Assembly: GCA_009914755.4 (NCBI GenBank)
Contig: CP068257.2
Location: 34,400,001 to 34,464,000, forward strand
From: the human T2T-CHM13v2.0 reference genome, Homo sapiens
Direction: 5' to 3'
Length of the DNA: 64,000 nt
Part shown: one piece after another, positions 29,070 through 41,946 of the stretch
Layout of the letters: every line of letters starts with the position of its first letter
How positions within the stretch are numbered: the first letter of the stretch is position 1
Position numbers and translations under genes: made by a program
Notes under the pieces: generated by a model
Told to the model about the DNA's origin: nothing
What the model saw: only the letters and a program-made list of their open reading frames with translations
Database searches by the model: none

Positions 29070-30033
29070 CTTTGAAAATTAAAAGCCAGTTTAAAGGAAT
29101 TACTTTGATTCAAAATACGAAATAAGCCAAGCAGTTTGTTTTGCTGCCAGAAGGAGTGTGTTCAAACTGTCAACACACTCAGTTTACTTAACAGACTCAA
29201 GAGTTCCTTCCTTCCTTCCTTAAGGCTCTTCCTCTCCAGGGGAGCACAGCCCCAGTGCTAGTGCTCTGAAAGAGCCATACTTACATGTCAGAAAAACTGA
29301 CTCACTAAGCCAAGTTCCAGGTTTGTTTGCAAGAGATTCCTCTTTGCAAAAAAACCTCTTTGCTTCCAACTTGGTTCTCCAGTTGTAAACCTTTTGACCT
29401 AAGTCCATTTGTCTCACCTATGTAAAGATATAAAATATGGTGGGGAAAAAATGGTGGAAAGAACTGAGACCTGCACCATCCGATATAGTAATCACTGGGT
29501 ACACAGAGCTATTTAAATTTAACCTTTAATTATTTAGAATTGAATATTTAAAATTCAATCCCTTGGTAAGATAAGCTATGTTTTAATTGCACAATAGCCA
29601 TTCAGAGCTAGTGGCCACCATACTGGACAATGCATAAAAAACATCTGTCATTGCTAAAAGCTCTATTGGAGGGCACCAACCTAAACCAAAACTGAATATG
29701 CTCATATACAGTTGTTGCAGTTCTAAAGCTTTTATTCCTAAGTTTACCTGCTCTATTACAAATTATGTATCACAGTATTTTTACTTGCACAATTGCCGAT
29801 AAAAAGATCTCATGTTGCCTGAATGTATTTAGAAAGTTTTCATCAATCCTTCGACATCCAGATTCCTATACTGCCATACATTCTACTCAAAATTTCAGAA
29901 TGATTCAGAAAATGTTAACAATGACAGCATCATTGTCTCTACACAGGCCTAAAAGACCTATTCACTCTCTTCCAAAAACATGCCAGGGGGAAAAAAGACC
30001 AGCACTTACCTAATGGTTAAGAGACAGTATACG

Positions 30034-30395
<362 letters not shown>

Positions 30396-30767
30396 TCAAA
30401 GATGCCCCAAAACAAAGGCCCAGCAGAACGTGTGCCAGAAAACAGTTCTTCCCCATCAGCCTCCTCTCTTCTATACCTAAATAAAACTAATTCTTTCACA
30501 AAATTAACAGCTCTTCAAAGTTCAAGGAAAACTGAAGTACAATAACGGTAGAAATAAGAGAGAGTAACTTACATTTGTCAAGAGCTACTATGATGGAAGA
30601 GAAGAGGCTACTATGAGCCAAGGCACTCAGCTGTGATTTACATATATTATCCCATTTAATTTTTATTTCTTAGTCAGTGATGGATCGGGATATCATACCC
30701 ACACTCCAGGAAGCCTATTAAAAACCTTAGAAATGCCATTTACAGTGAATTAAGAACAAACTTTCTG

Positions 30768-31059
<292 letters not shown>

Positions 31060-31060
<1 letters not shown>

Positions 31061-31205
31061 CAAGCAAGAGAGAGAGAAAGAGAGAGAGAGAGACAAGGAA
31101 GGAAGGAAGGAAGAGAGGGAGGGAGGGAGGGAAGGAGGGAAGGAGGGAGGGAGGGAGGGAGGAAGGCAGGCAGGCAGGCAGGCAGGAAGGCAGGGAGGGA
31201 GGGCA
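31060..31205 (+). repeat. Compound purine-rich microsatellite (GA)n-(GGAA)n-(GGGA)n-(CAGG)n at the 3' end of an Alu, about 160 bp from SETD4 exon 5
   Basis: The plus strand reads agagagagaaagagagagagagagacaaggaaggaaggaaggaagagagggagggagggagggaaggagggaaggagggagggagggagggaggaaggcaggcaggcaggcaggcaggaaggcagggaggg. Confidence 0.9.
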
Positions 31206-31365
31206 AACTTTCTAGAATGGAGTAAACTTTTCACATCATTCAGGTTATTTATCAGCTCTACAAGGGACTGGGTTCTAATGAATTGTGTCTCAAGTGACAT
31301 ATTTGCCATTGACAGACCTTAAGGAGAAGCACTTGCACCAGGTAAGCAAGTGTGTGGTCACTTAC

Positions 31366-31454
31366 TTAGTAATGTATGCCCCTAAGTAGCTTCGAATCAC
31401 TGTGTCCGTGGTGAGCAGGCAACTCTCAGGCAACGAAATAATCATCTGTCCCTC
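31366..31454 (-). CDS. SETD4: SETD4 coding exon 5 (89 nt): EGQMIISLPESCLLTTDTVIRSYLGAYIT(K)
   Basis: On the minus strand: ctttccttttggccag|GAGGGACAGATGATTATTTCGTTGCCTGAGAGTTGCCTGCTCACCACGGACACAGTGATTCGAAGCTACTTAGGGGCATACATTACTAA|gtaagtga. It ends in phase 2 (AA), which pairs with the G that starts exon 6 to give Lys. Confidence 0.88.
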
Positions 31455-31694
31455 CTGGCCAAAAGGAAAGTAAAGTTGAGGACGCCTATGCTTTGGGAAG
31501 GACCCATGAGTATGAGTCTTACAAAGTCGTTGATCCCACAATCACCTACCAGTAACCCACTGTAACTCAACCAAAAGCCACCAATGAGCCTACCAATGGA
31601 GTCGCTCCCAACTCTGCGAGTCAGCAGATGCACACGAGGCTGCTCCAAGGCGAGGCCCCACAGCCCCAACAAAAATGAAAGGTCAATTATGTGA

Positions 31695-31975
<281 letters not shown>

Positions 31976-32296
31976 CCTATTTCTTCACTTTCTTATGCCA
32001 GGAAATAGTGCTACCAATAGTAAACAGACAGAAACTACCCCCAAAAAATTGTATCCAGTGAAATCCAAGTGGCCAGGTGATGGTCTGCTCTCTACATAAC
32101 CCACGCTTATGAGCTAAAGAAAGGCCAGCATGCCCAACACAGTAAGCGTCGAACTCTACCACTTGCAAGAGTATCGTTTTCAGTGTCTCCCACGGAGATA
32201 GAACCATGGAAAGAAAAATTAGATGTAAAGTAATAGAAAACAGTTTAAATAAACACTGCATGAAGAAGCCAGATGTAAGACTCTCCTTTAATTCTA

Positions 32297-32653
<357 letters not shown>

Positions 32654-32989
32654 TCAATTTCTGGTTTCCTCATCTGTAAAGCAAGATTAAGCTGGATGAT
32701 CACTATGGTCACTTCCCATTCCAACATCCTATGATCTTTTGGTTTGAAAATATTTGGGTAAATCTCTTTATCATCAAAATGCAAACTGTACACTTCACTG
32801 TGCATTTCACTATATGTAAAATATGTCTCAATTTTCAAAAACTTTTGATAAAACAACCATATTTGAATGTACATGTGAAACAACTGCCAATTATTTCATG
32901 ACCTAAACAAAAACTACCTGTAGTTACTGCTGCATACATGACATTTCTCATCCCCAAATTCTGCTACAGAATAAAGTCAATTACACCTT

Positions 32990-33077
32990 CCTCCAAAAAC
33001 AAAAATATTGTACAACAATATGAATGTACTTAATACTACTGAACTTCAAAATGGTTAAGATGGTAAGTTTTATGTTA
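32990..33077 (+). mobile_element. L1 3'-terminal fragment split by the retrocopy insertion (continues at 35064-35095)
   Basis: The sequence actgaacttcaaaatggttaagatggtaagttttatgtta | retrocopy | gttttatgttacatatattttacaattaaaaa reconstitutes the L1 3' terminus. Confidence 0.6.
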
Positions 33078-35063
33078 GATGAGCTTCCGGGTTTATGGAT
33101 TCGTGGGCTGCTTCCACCTGCTAGGAGGGTGGTGCACTCTAACTCGGGGACAGAAGCCCCTGTGCTCAGGACTCTTGCAGACCTCTATATCTGGCTGTTC
33201 ATCTTCCATAATCAACTGGTAGATGTTACATCCAAGAGGAAACAATCCAGGCAAGGAAGCACAAGCTGATCAAGATCTGTAGTTACGTGGCTGCCAAGTT
33301 GTGGTTTTTGATAGATTGTCCCATCAGGGAAGACTATCCTCAAACAGAGATTTTACGAGCATTAAAGGCCAAATGTTGTGAGGAGGAACTGGACTTTAGG
33401 GCTGTGGTGATGGATGAGGTGGTGCTGACAATGGAGAAAGGAAACTTGGGTCTGCGGATCAATGGAGAGCTAATCACTGCCTACCCACAAGTGGTGGTAG
33501 TCAGAGTACCAACCCCTTGGGTGCAAAGTGATAGTGACATCACTGTTTTGCGCCATCTAGAGAAGATGGGATGCCAGTTAATGAACCGACTTCAAGCCAT
33601 CCTGAACTGCGTTAATAAGTTCTGGACATTTCAAGAGTTGGCTGGCCATGGTGTTCCTCTGCCGGATACTTTCTCTTATGGTGGCCATGAAAATTTTGCT
33701 AAAATGATTGATGAAGCTCAAGTACCGGAGTTCCCAATGGTAGTAAAGAATACGCGGGGTCATAGAGGTAAAGCTGTTTTCTTGGCTCGAGATAAGCACC
33801 ATTTGGCTGATCTAAGCCATCTTATTTGCCATGAAGCGCCATACTTGTTCCAGAAGTATGTTAAAGAGTCACATGGACGGGATGTACGTGTCATTGTCGT
33901 GGGAGGCCATGTGGTTGGCACCATGTTACATTGTTCAACAGATGGGAGAATGCAAAGCAACTGCTCATTAGGTGGTGTGGGGATGATGTGTTCATTGAGT
34001 GAACAAGGGAAGCAGCTAGCTATCCAGGTGTCTAATATCCTGGGGATGGATGTGTGTGGCGTTGACCTGTTGATGAAAGATGGCAGCTCCTTCTGTGTCT
34101 GTGAGGCCAATGCAAATGTAGGTTTCATCGTCTTTCATAAGGCTTGTAATCTAGATGTAGCTGGTATCAGAGCAGACTATACTGCCTCCCTTCTACCCTC
34201 TGGCCAGCTCACCCAGCGTATGTCCCTGCTCTCTGTGGTGTCCACTGCCAGTGAGACTAGTGAGCTGGAGCTGGGTCCCCCAGCCAGCACTGCTGTTGAC
34301 AACATAAGTGCAAGTTCCAGCTCTGTTGACAGTGACCCTGAAAGCATGGAGCGAGAGCTGCTCACCAAACTCCCAGGGTGACTGTTCAACATGAACCAGC
34401 TGCTAGCCAATGAAATCAAACTACTGGTGGACTGACTCCACTGGTAATTAACCAACAAAACCCTTGTAAAACTTTCTTTCTTTTTTCTTTTCTATTTTTA
34501 AAACCAACTTGCAATGCTGTTCATGGAGGATGCTCAGGAAGATGAGAGAAAATTAGTAGGATTAGTTGGAGAGAGTGGGAGATAGACGAGACCCCCGCTA
34601 GTAAGATGTTACTTTCATTTACAAATCCTACAGAGAGGCAGAATAGGTGGGGTATAGAAAAATGTCAGGCTGTCAGTTACCCTTTTAAATTGCTAAAAAA
34701 TTTGTATGCTCATAGACCATGAGGAACAAATACTTTTTTTTTCATGGTCCCTTGCTTTTGTTTTTGTACAAAAAAAATGGTTTTGCTACAAATATCCAAG
34801 TAGCATAACTCCACATTGTGTTGGAAGATTTGTCATCAGTGAGGAAAACATCTGCTTAAATTACAGGAATTTTTGTATTATACAGCTCTGAAAATTCTGC
34901 CATTTCCTTATTAACTAGCAGCTTTAGTTTGTAGTTTATGAAATCTTGAGGGGCTCTTTTACTGGGATTTCTTATTTTTGTTTTTCGTTTTTTCCCTCTT
35001 AATTTGGTGGGAGGGTCAAAGTGAATATAACCCAATAAAGGCTTCTTAATGACAAAAAAAAAA
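33078..35063 (+). pseudogene. RIMKLBP1: Processed retrocopy of an ATP-grasp RimK-like gene, most likely RIMKLB (RIMKLBP1-like). It is intronless and has an ORF of 364 codons (33287-34381), AATAAA at 35034-35039, a poly(A) tail at 35054-35063 and a 13-bp target-site duplication AAGTTTTATGTTA (33065-33077 and 35062-35074)
   Basis: ORF 33287..34381 contains [48 protein letters not shown]...[28 protein letters not shown]...[11 protein letters not shown]...[26 protein letters not shown] (RimK/ATP-grasp). The in-frame upstream codons ATC TGT AGT TAC suggest the native ATG TGT AGT ... start mutated to ATC. A TGA at 34379 truncates a C-terminus that otherwise reads on as GLFNMNQLLANEIKLLVD*. It is inserted inside an old L1 3' end. 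Confidence 0.8.
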
Positions 35064-35321
35064 GTTTTATGTTACATATATTTTACAATTAAAAATTTTT
35101 AAATGATGAAAACATTAACACGGCGTAATAGAATTACAACATTAAAACATACCATTCTTTATATATTGGACTTCTTGTGTTTGTGATTTTCACCTGTTTA
35201 GGAAAGATAACCTGAATTCCCTTGCTGACTATGCTTGCATTTTAAAGAAACTATACTTTCCTTTAATATTTTAAAAACTTCTCTTTTTAACACAACATTT
35301 TTAAAAAGTAAAATTACTTTT

Positions 35322-35634
35322 GGGCCAGGCATAGTGCCTCATGCTTGTAATCCCAACACTTTGGGAGGCCAAGGCGGGCAGATCACCTGAGGTCAGAAGT
35401 TCAAGACCAGCCTAGCCAAGATGGTGAAACCCTGTCTCTACTAAAAAAAAAAAAAAAAAAAAAAATTAGCTGGGCATGGTGGCACATGCCTGTAATTTCA
35501 GCTACTTCAGGAGGCTGAGGCAAAAGAATTGCTTGAACCCAGGAGACGGAGGTTGCAAGGAGCCGAGATCGCGCCACTGCACTCCAGCCTGGGCAACAGA
35601 GCAAGACTCTGTCTCAAAAAAAAAAAAAAAAAAG
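35322..35634 (+). mobile_element. Alu with an expanded A-rich linker
   Basis: Plus-orientation Alu consensus. Confidence 0.8.
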
Positions 35635-36640
35635 GACGTTTTATCTACTGAAAAAAAAAAGATACCATTCCTTAGCCTAAACATATGTACACATCTGAGT
35701 GCAAGTTTTAAATAGAGAATTTAAAATAAGATAATTTTTAAATAAAGGAAGAAATTAATTTCTGGCTTCACAGAAAATCGTGCGCTAGAGATCTTTAAAA
35801 TAGCATTGGAAGAATGAAAAGAAACCTTGGAGGCTGTCATTTACTTCCTCATTTTGTAGGTGAGGAAACAGGAGCCAAGAGTATGAGGGGTCTCATGCTG
35901 GGGCCTCAGGCAGCTGAAGGCAACTCTGGCCCAAGTCTGAGGCCTCATCCTCCCCTAGCTCTGGTTTCTACCTGCCACATCACGACTGCCTCACAGACAG
36001 CAGCAGCTCCCTTGGCATACTGAAAACGTGATCTGACATGTAACATGTGCTGTGGCAGAGATTGCTAGTTGCCTATCCCAACACGCCTTCTCTCCCCCTC
36101 CTCGCTAACGGAATCCTACTTAGAGGGCACGTGGCTGGGGAAAGGCCAGCACGGATCTCCTCCCTTGCAGCTGGCTAGGGCTGTGTACCTGATCACTGGC
36201 CAAGGACAGAGGGACTGGAATTTCCTTAAAGGAAGGAAGCCTGCCCTTCCTCACCCGCTTGCTCTCTCCTGATGCCCAAGTTCCAAGACCCACAACCTGA
36301 CCTGAGGGTGCAGTTCCCTTAAGGACATGAGAGAGCTGGAAGGAGTTGGGGCCTCTGCCAGCCATGGGACTGCCCCACCAGCCAGGGTCAGCCTACTCCA
36401 AGCTTGTTTCTATGAGTGAGAACAAAATAAATTTCCATGCTGCTTAAGCACCTCAATTTTGGGCTTGTCTTTTATTGCAACAAACTTAATCCTAGTTGAT
36501 AGAACCATATTCAAATATATCTATTAGGTAAGTAAGAAATGACTGTATGTCTGAAATTTTTTTAATTCACTTCGTTTGAACCGCAAAAACAAAGCAGCAA
36601 AATCTACATTGGGTTTCAAGGATCAAAGAACAGTTCTCAC

Positions 36641-36678
36641 CTGCAGGGATGTTTGACTCATCAGCCCTCTTCCTGTAC
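36641..36678 (-). CDS. SETD4: SETD4 coding exon 4, a 38-nt micro-exon: (G)TGRGLMSQTSLQ
   Basis: On the minus strand: ctttctgtctttgctttcctag|GTACAGGAAGAGGGCTGATGAGTCAAACATCCCTGCAG|gtgagaac. It has a strong polypyrimidine tract and a GTGAGA donor. Confidence 0.88.
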
Positions 36679-37571
36679 CTAGGAAAGCAAAGACAGAAAG
36701 AGAGTAAATCCTACCATAACTTCAAGGTCCCAGAGATAACTATTATGGAAAAAAAAAATGTGAACTTCAAAATTACACAAGGCTGAAGCTGGATGTCTCT
36801 CAGCCTTTGATTCCCAGGGGAAACAGGGAGTCAGAAAGCTATTCCAGAAAATGTCTTGACCTCCAGTGAGTTATAATCCTTGAAGGGCAGTCAGCTTCAG
36901 AGGTGAGACCTAAAGAGCACCGTGGACTTTATACAGACCTACTGCTGGGCCTCCTGCAGGACGCTTTGGGCTGGACTCTCTCCACTGGGGCCTACCAGCT
37001 AACAAGGTGCTATTCCCAATGCCCAGCCAACCTCTGAGGCTAGAGCCCCAGGCCACTTATCCCCATTACCAGACTCAGCTCTCCCAAGTGAAGACCTTGA
37101 GACCCCTTTGATTGGCCGACTGGCCAATAAACCCCACTCAAGTCCCCACAAAGCCTGCAGACATCCTCCCCTCTCTGATCAGGTAACCCATGAGATGGGC
37201 TCTCCATGACCTGGTGAGCTCAGCTGGGTAGGTCAGCTCCAGCTGTTCCCTGTGAGCCAAGGCTCCGGCTGGAGCACAGTCACCATAGTAACCTCAGCAG
37301 CTGCATTAATACCAATTAATTCAATAAATTCCTTTATTTAAAAATTAATACCAACTTCCAGAAGTTTCTCCCTTCATGCCTAAGCTTCTGCTCCTGGAAC
37401 AGTCAGACAAACATTGAAAGGATGCTCAGATGACAGCTTTTCTGGCAGGCATAGGTATTACATGGTCATAAGAGGCCTAGAGCATTAACGTCTCCAATTC
37501 ATCGTTCTTCACCTTTCCTCTCTTAGCTGGGAGGGAAAATAATTCAGCCAAGTCAGTGCAGGACTACTGGG

Positions 37572-38045
37572 AGCTCCCAGCTCACGGTGGCTCACTGCCT
37601 CAAGTCCTCCATCAGTTTCCCGCAACTTGGATTTGATGCTCCCGGCTCATGGTGGGAATTCCTGCCTCAAGTCCTCCATCGGTTTCCTGGCAGGTTGGAT
37701 TTGATGCTCCTGGCTCATGGTGGGAATTCCTGCCTCAAGTCCTCCATCGGTTTCCTGGCAGGTTGGATTTGATGCTCCCGGCTCATGGTGGGAATTCCTG
37801 CCTCAAGTCTTCCATCAGCTTCCTGGCAGGTTGGATTTGATGCTCCTGGCTCATGGTGGGAATTCCTGCCTCAAGTCTTCCATCAGCTTCCTGGCAGGTT
37901 GGATTTGATGCTCCTGGCTCATGGTGGGAATTCCTGCCTCAAGTCTTCCATCAGCTTCCTGGCAGGTTGGATTTGATGCTCCTGGCTCATGGTGGGAATT
38001 CCTGCCTCAAGTCCTCCATCAGTTTCCCAGCAAGTTGGATTTGAT
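37572..38045. repeat. 68-bp minisatellite with about 7 tandem copies (unit ggtgggaattcctgcctcaagtcctccatcggtttcctggcaggttggatttgatgctcccggctcat), in SETD4 intron 3
   Basis: Six ORF-track entries of 61-63 aa start every 68 bp (37587, 37649, 37717, 37785, 37853, 37921) and have near-identical translations (MVGIPASSPPSVSWQVGFDAPGSWWEFLPQV...). Confidence 0.9.
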
Positions 38046-39628
38046 GAGTCCCAATTCATCTCCCCTCCCAGGAGGACACTGTCTGCTTATACAGCTGGTT
38101 CTAGTGTTAACTTATTTCATTGATTTTGTGTACCCCATTGTGGAGTTAATCATCCCTGTGCTCCAGAACTCCTCCTAGAATCAATGACTAATGGGAAGAT
38201 TTTCTTCTACCTGGTTATCCTTCCAAAAACTTACGTGCTAATCTAAGTGGAAATTCTCTCCAAACATATATATGAACAAAAGCTGGCCTATGGAATACAT
38301 CTAGAAGATCCTTTACCTATATTTATATGGTAGATAGTGTTTAATATCAAAAAACATATAGTAATCTACACTTACTTTCATTTTCATATTGGATATACTA
38401 GGCAAAGTAGAAGTGGCCATTAGGAGCTCATGAGAGTAAAGCTTATCACAAATGTCTCAAAGCCTCAAAATTTCCACTATCATCAATCTACATGGGAGGC
38501 CCTGACCTGGCTAGTGCTTTTGGTGGTGAAAGGAAATGCTGCGGTCAGTTCCCAAGGCAGAAAAGAAGAGAGAGTCTAAAGATGGAATCCTGCTTAGGAG
38601 ATTTCCTGTGCCCCTCCACAAACTAAGATGAATTCCCCAGAGTTCATACATTTTGACTGAAGCCCAGAAATGTTACCTCCTATCATACACTGATTAAGAG
38701 CTAAAAACTACATGAAGCACTTACAGAAGGTTCCCCAGAACTGTAAGCACTGGGCACGGGTCACTGCCAAGCCACCTGCATCACCCGAAATCTGGGGCTG
38801 GGGCCAGGGCAAGTTGTGCTCACTTTTAAAAATAGGAACTCTTTACTGCTCCAAATTACAAACAGATGACCTATTCTCAGGTATTCCATCTAAACCATCT
38901 GCTGATTCCTGCTTGATGATTTTAAACCCATCCTTCCTAGGGCAAATGACACCAGAGATGTGGGCAGGCCTTAGACACGGCAAGTTTACTGCTGACACTA
39001 CTGACTCTCTTGATCATCTGGGGAAAAACTCTGTTCTGTACATCTAAGGGTGTGGCTTTTACTGACCATCTTTGACACACAAAAACAGAAAGTCAAGCAT
39101 TATTTTAGAGGCTGACAATATGGTTCATGACCATCAACTAGAAGGGGCCTTAATAGAAAATGGCTCAAATCAAGCATTTTAGTTCAAAGTCATGATGTGT
39201 AACTGACTCATGGAGAACAACTTTACACACATCACCTCACTCAGCAAGGGGCACAAGTGGGAAATCATTTGCCTTGGCGTGTGGTATATGAGGAAGTTAA
39301 TTTGCTCAAAGTTCAATTACCTAATGGGTACTTGAATAATAATTCTAATGGCCAAGGGGAGCATTGTGTGGCATATGCTTTGACTTTTCTGTAAGATGCA
39401 GCCTGCCCTGTGATGTAGAATTTTGGGGCCCTAATTGCACCACCACTATCTCTGTGCTACAGCAGACTCCAAATCCTTTTAAAGAGCATCTTGGTCCTCC
39501 CTGTGGTTATCTCTTGCCCACCTGTGGGAAGAGTGGAGTGGCCATGTATGCAGGCACACACCCATAGCAAGCTGCCCAACTTCTGTGAGAGAATGTTCCA
39601 GAAGAAAGTGGTTTTTGTTTTTTGTTAG

Positions 39629-39914
<286 letters not shown>

Positions 39915-40166
39915 AAAATGTTAACCTAACCTCCCTAATAAGCACAAGTTCCAGAGAAGAATGTCAGTCTACCTCAGTTCAGTGCTGAAGCCCACTGCTC
40001 TGCAATTAACTGGCCATACACAGGGGACTCCTCCTCCAACCCAAGGGGAACACATGCAAACCAGCTGAAGGACAATATCTGCTGAGGCCCACCTGCAAGA
40101 GTGGCCCCTGCTGTCTACCTGGCTCTCGTGTGGGAAAGGGCAGGACAGCTGAAGGCTAGATCTTAC

Positions 40167-40262
40167 CTGGAAAACAAGCAGGCGCTAAGTTTGAATCTTG
40201 AAACTTCCTAGCTTTCAGCCACTTCCTCAGCTCTATAAATTCAGACTTGTGGCTCTCATTCA
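40167..40262 (-). CDS. SETD4: SETD4 coding exon 3 (96 nt): (V)NESHKSEFIELRKWLKARKFQDSNLAPACFP(G)
   Basis: On the minus strand: ccttgcctgatag|TGAATGAGAGCCACAAGTCTGAATTTATAGAGCTGAGGAAGTGGCTGAAAGCTAGGAAGTTTCAAGATTCAAACTTAGCGCCTGCTTGTTTTCCAG|gtaagatc. The phase (2 nt + 31 codons + 1 nt) links it to exons 2 and 4. Confidence 0.88.
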
Positions 40263-40420
40263 CTATCAGGCAAGGAGAGAACAAATGGTGATTAAAACCA
40301 CTATATAATCGGATTACCATTTTTAAAAGAACATGTCTGATGAAATGTGTCAGACAGACTTACACAATAGTAAGAATTGGTGTATCTAAACATAGAAAAG
40401 TTACAATAAAAACACAGTAT

Positions 40421-40553
40421 TGGCCAGGCGCAATGACTCACTTCTGTATTCCCAGCATTTGGGAGGCCAAGGCGGGAGGACTGCTTGAGGCCAGGAGTTT
40501 GAGCCCAGCCTGCCCAACACAGAAAGACCCCATCTCTTAAAAAAAAAAAAAAT
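40421..40553 (+). mobile_element. Alu left-arm fragment
   Basis: It contains ggccaggcgcaatgactcacttctgtattcccagcatttgggaggccaaggcgggaggactgcttgaggccaggagtttgagcccagcctgcccaaca. Confidence 0.7.
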
Positions 40554-41275
40554 ACAATATTATAATCTGAGGACCACCACTGTACATGTGATCCATCAAC
40601 CAAAACATACTTATGCAACATACGACTATATTCATTCAATGTAATCCTAATCAAAATTCAAGCAGGCTTTCATACAGGAATTAACAAGATGATCCCAAAA
40701 TTCATGTGGAAATGTAAAAAGCCTAGAATAGCCCCAATATCTTTGAAAGATTGATTTTAAAACTTATTATAAAGCTACAGTAATCAAATTAGTGTGATAT
40801 TGTCAAAACAGACACAAATAGGTCAAAGGAACAACACAGAAAATAGGAAGAGGTCCACACGTAAATTTTTGACAAAGTGCAAAGGCAAATCAGTGGAAGA
40901 AGATAGTCTTTTCAATAAATGATGATCAAACAACTGGACCTCCATCAGCAAAAAAAAAAGTGAGCTTATCGATATCTTGTACCATATCCAGTTGGATTTA
41001 CATAGGACTTTCCAGATGGCCAAGCACTTTTGTATTGAACAAGATACAGTATCTTCTTCAGACAGGGTTACCCTGAATTTGAAGTCATAAATTTACATCC
41101 AAACATTGATATCCTACAGATAGCTGAAGGTCAAGACCAGAAAAAGAAAGTTGGGAGTCATCCCCAGAGAAGACAGTTGAAACAATGAGTTAGTTATCTT
41201 CACATTCCCACCAGGATCTAAAAGAATACAATGGCACCATTAAAAAAGAGTGTTATTTAAGAAATATTCTCTTTG

Positions 41276-41580
41276 GGCTGGGCACAGTGGCTCACACCTG
41301 TAATCCCAGTGCTTTGGGGAGGCCAAGGCAGGAGGACCACTCGAGCCCAGGAGTTCAAGACCAGCCTGTGCAACATAGACCCTGTCACTACAACAAATTT
41401 AAAAAAACATTAGCCGGGTGCAGTGGCATGTACCTGTAGTCCCAGGTACTTGGGAGGCTGAGGCAGGAGGGAGGCTAAGGGAGGAGATCACTTGAGCCTG
41501 GGAGATCAAGCCATGATCACGCCACTGCATTCCAATCTGGGTAACAGAATGTACCTTGTCTCCAAAAAAAAAAAAAAAAG
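41276..41580 (+). mobile_element. Alu
   Basis: Plus-orientation Alu consensus. Confidence 0.85.
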
Positions 41581-41621
41581 AAAGATTCTCTTTGAACACT
41601 GTGTGCCTTTGAGAAAAGCTA

Positions 41622-41823
<202 letters not shown>

Positions 41824-41873
41824 TCACAAAAGGATTTCTTTTTTCATTACTGGTACTAAAAGAAAAACCATAC

Positions 41874-41946
41874 CTCCTCTTGATTCAGAACTTCCGCAGA
41901 GTTTTCGTCTTCTGATCCGGCTTGTTCTCCCTTTTCCTTTCTGCAT
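41874..41946 (-). CDS. SETD4: SETD4 first coding exon (exon 2; the exon spans 41874-41969 with acceptor tatttcag): ATG at 41946-41944, MQKGKGRTSRIRRRKLCGSSESRG plus 1 nt; donor GTATGG at 41873
   Basis: The reverse complement of 41874-41969 reads aaaaaagaaactacagttttagcATGCAGAAAGGAAAAGGGAGAACAAGCCGGATCAGAAGACGAAAACTCTGCGGAAGTTCTGAATCAAGAGGAG|gtatgg. This matches the SETD4 N-terminus as I recall it. It is too short to appear in the 60-aa ORF track. Confidence 0.85.

Noticed and set aside
37587-38178. Six consecutive ORFs of 61-85 aa with near-identical proteins (MVGIPASS...)
   Set aside because: They are an artefact of the 68-bp tandem repeat. Each unit opens a new frame with an ATG, so they are not independent genes.
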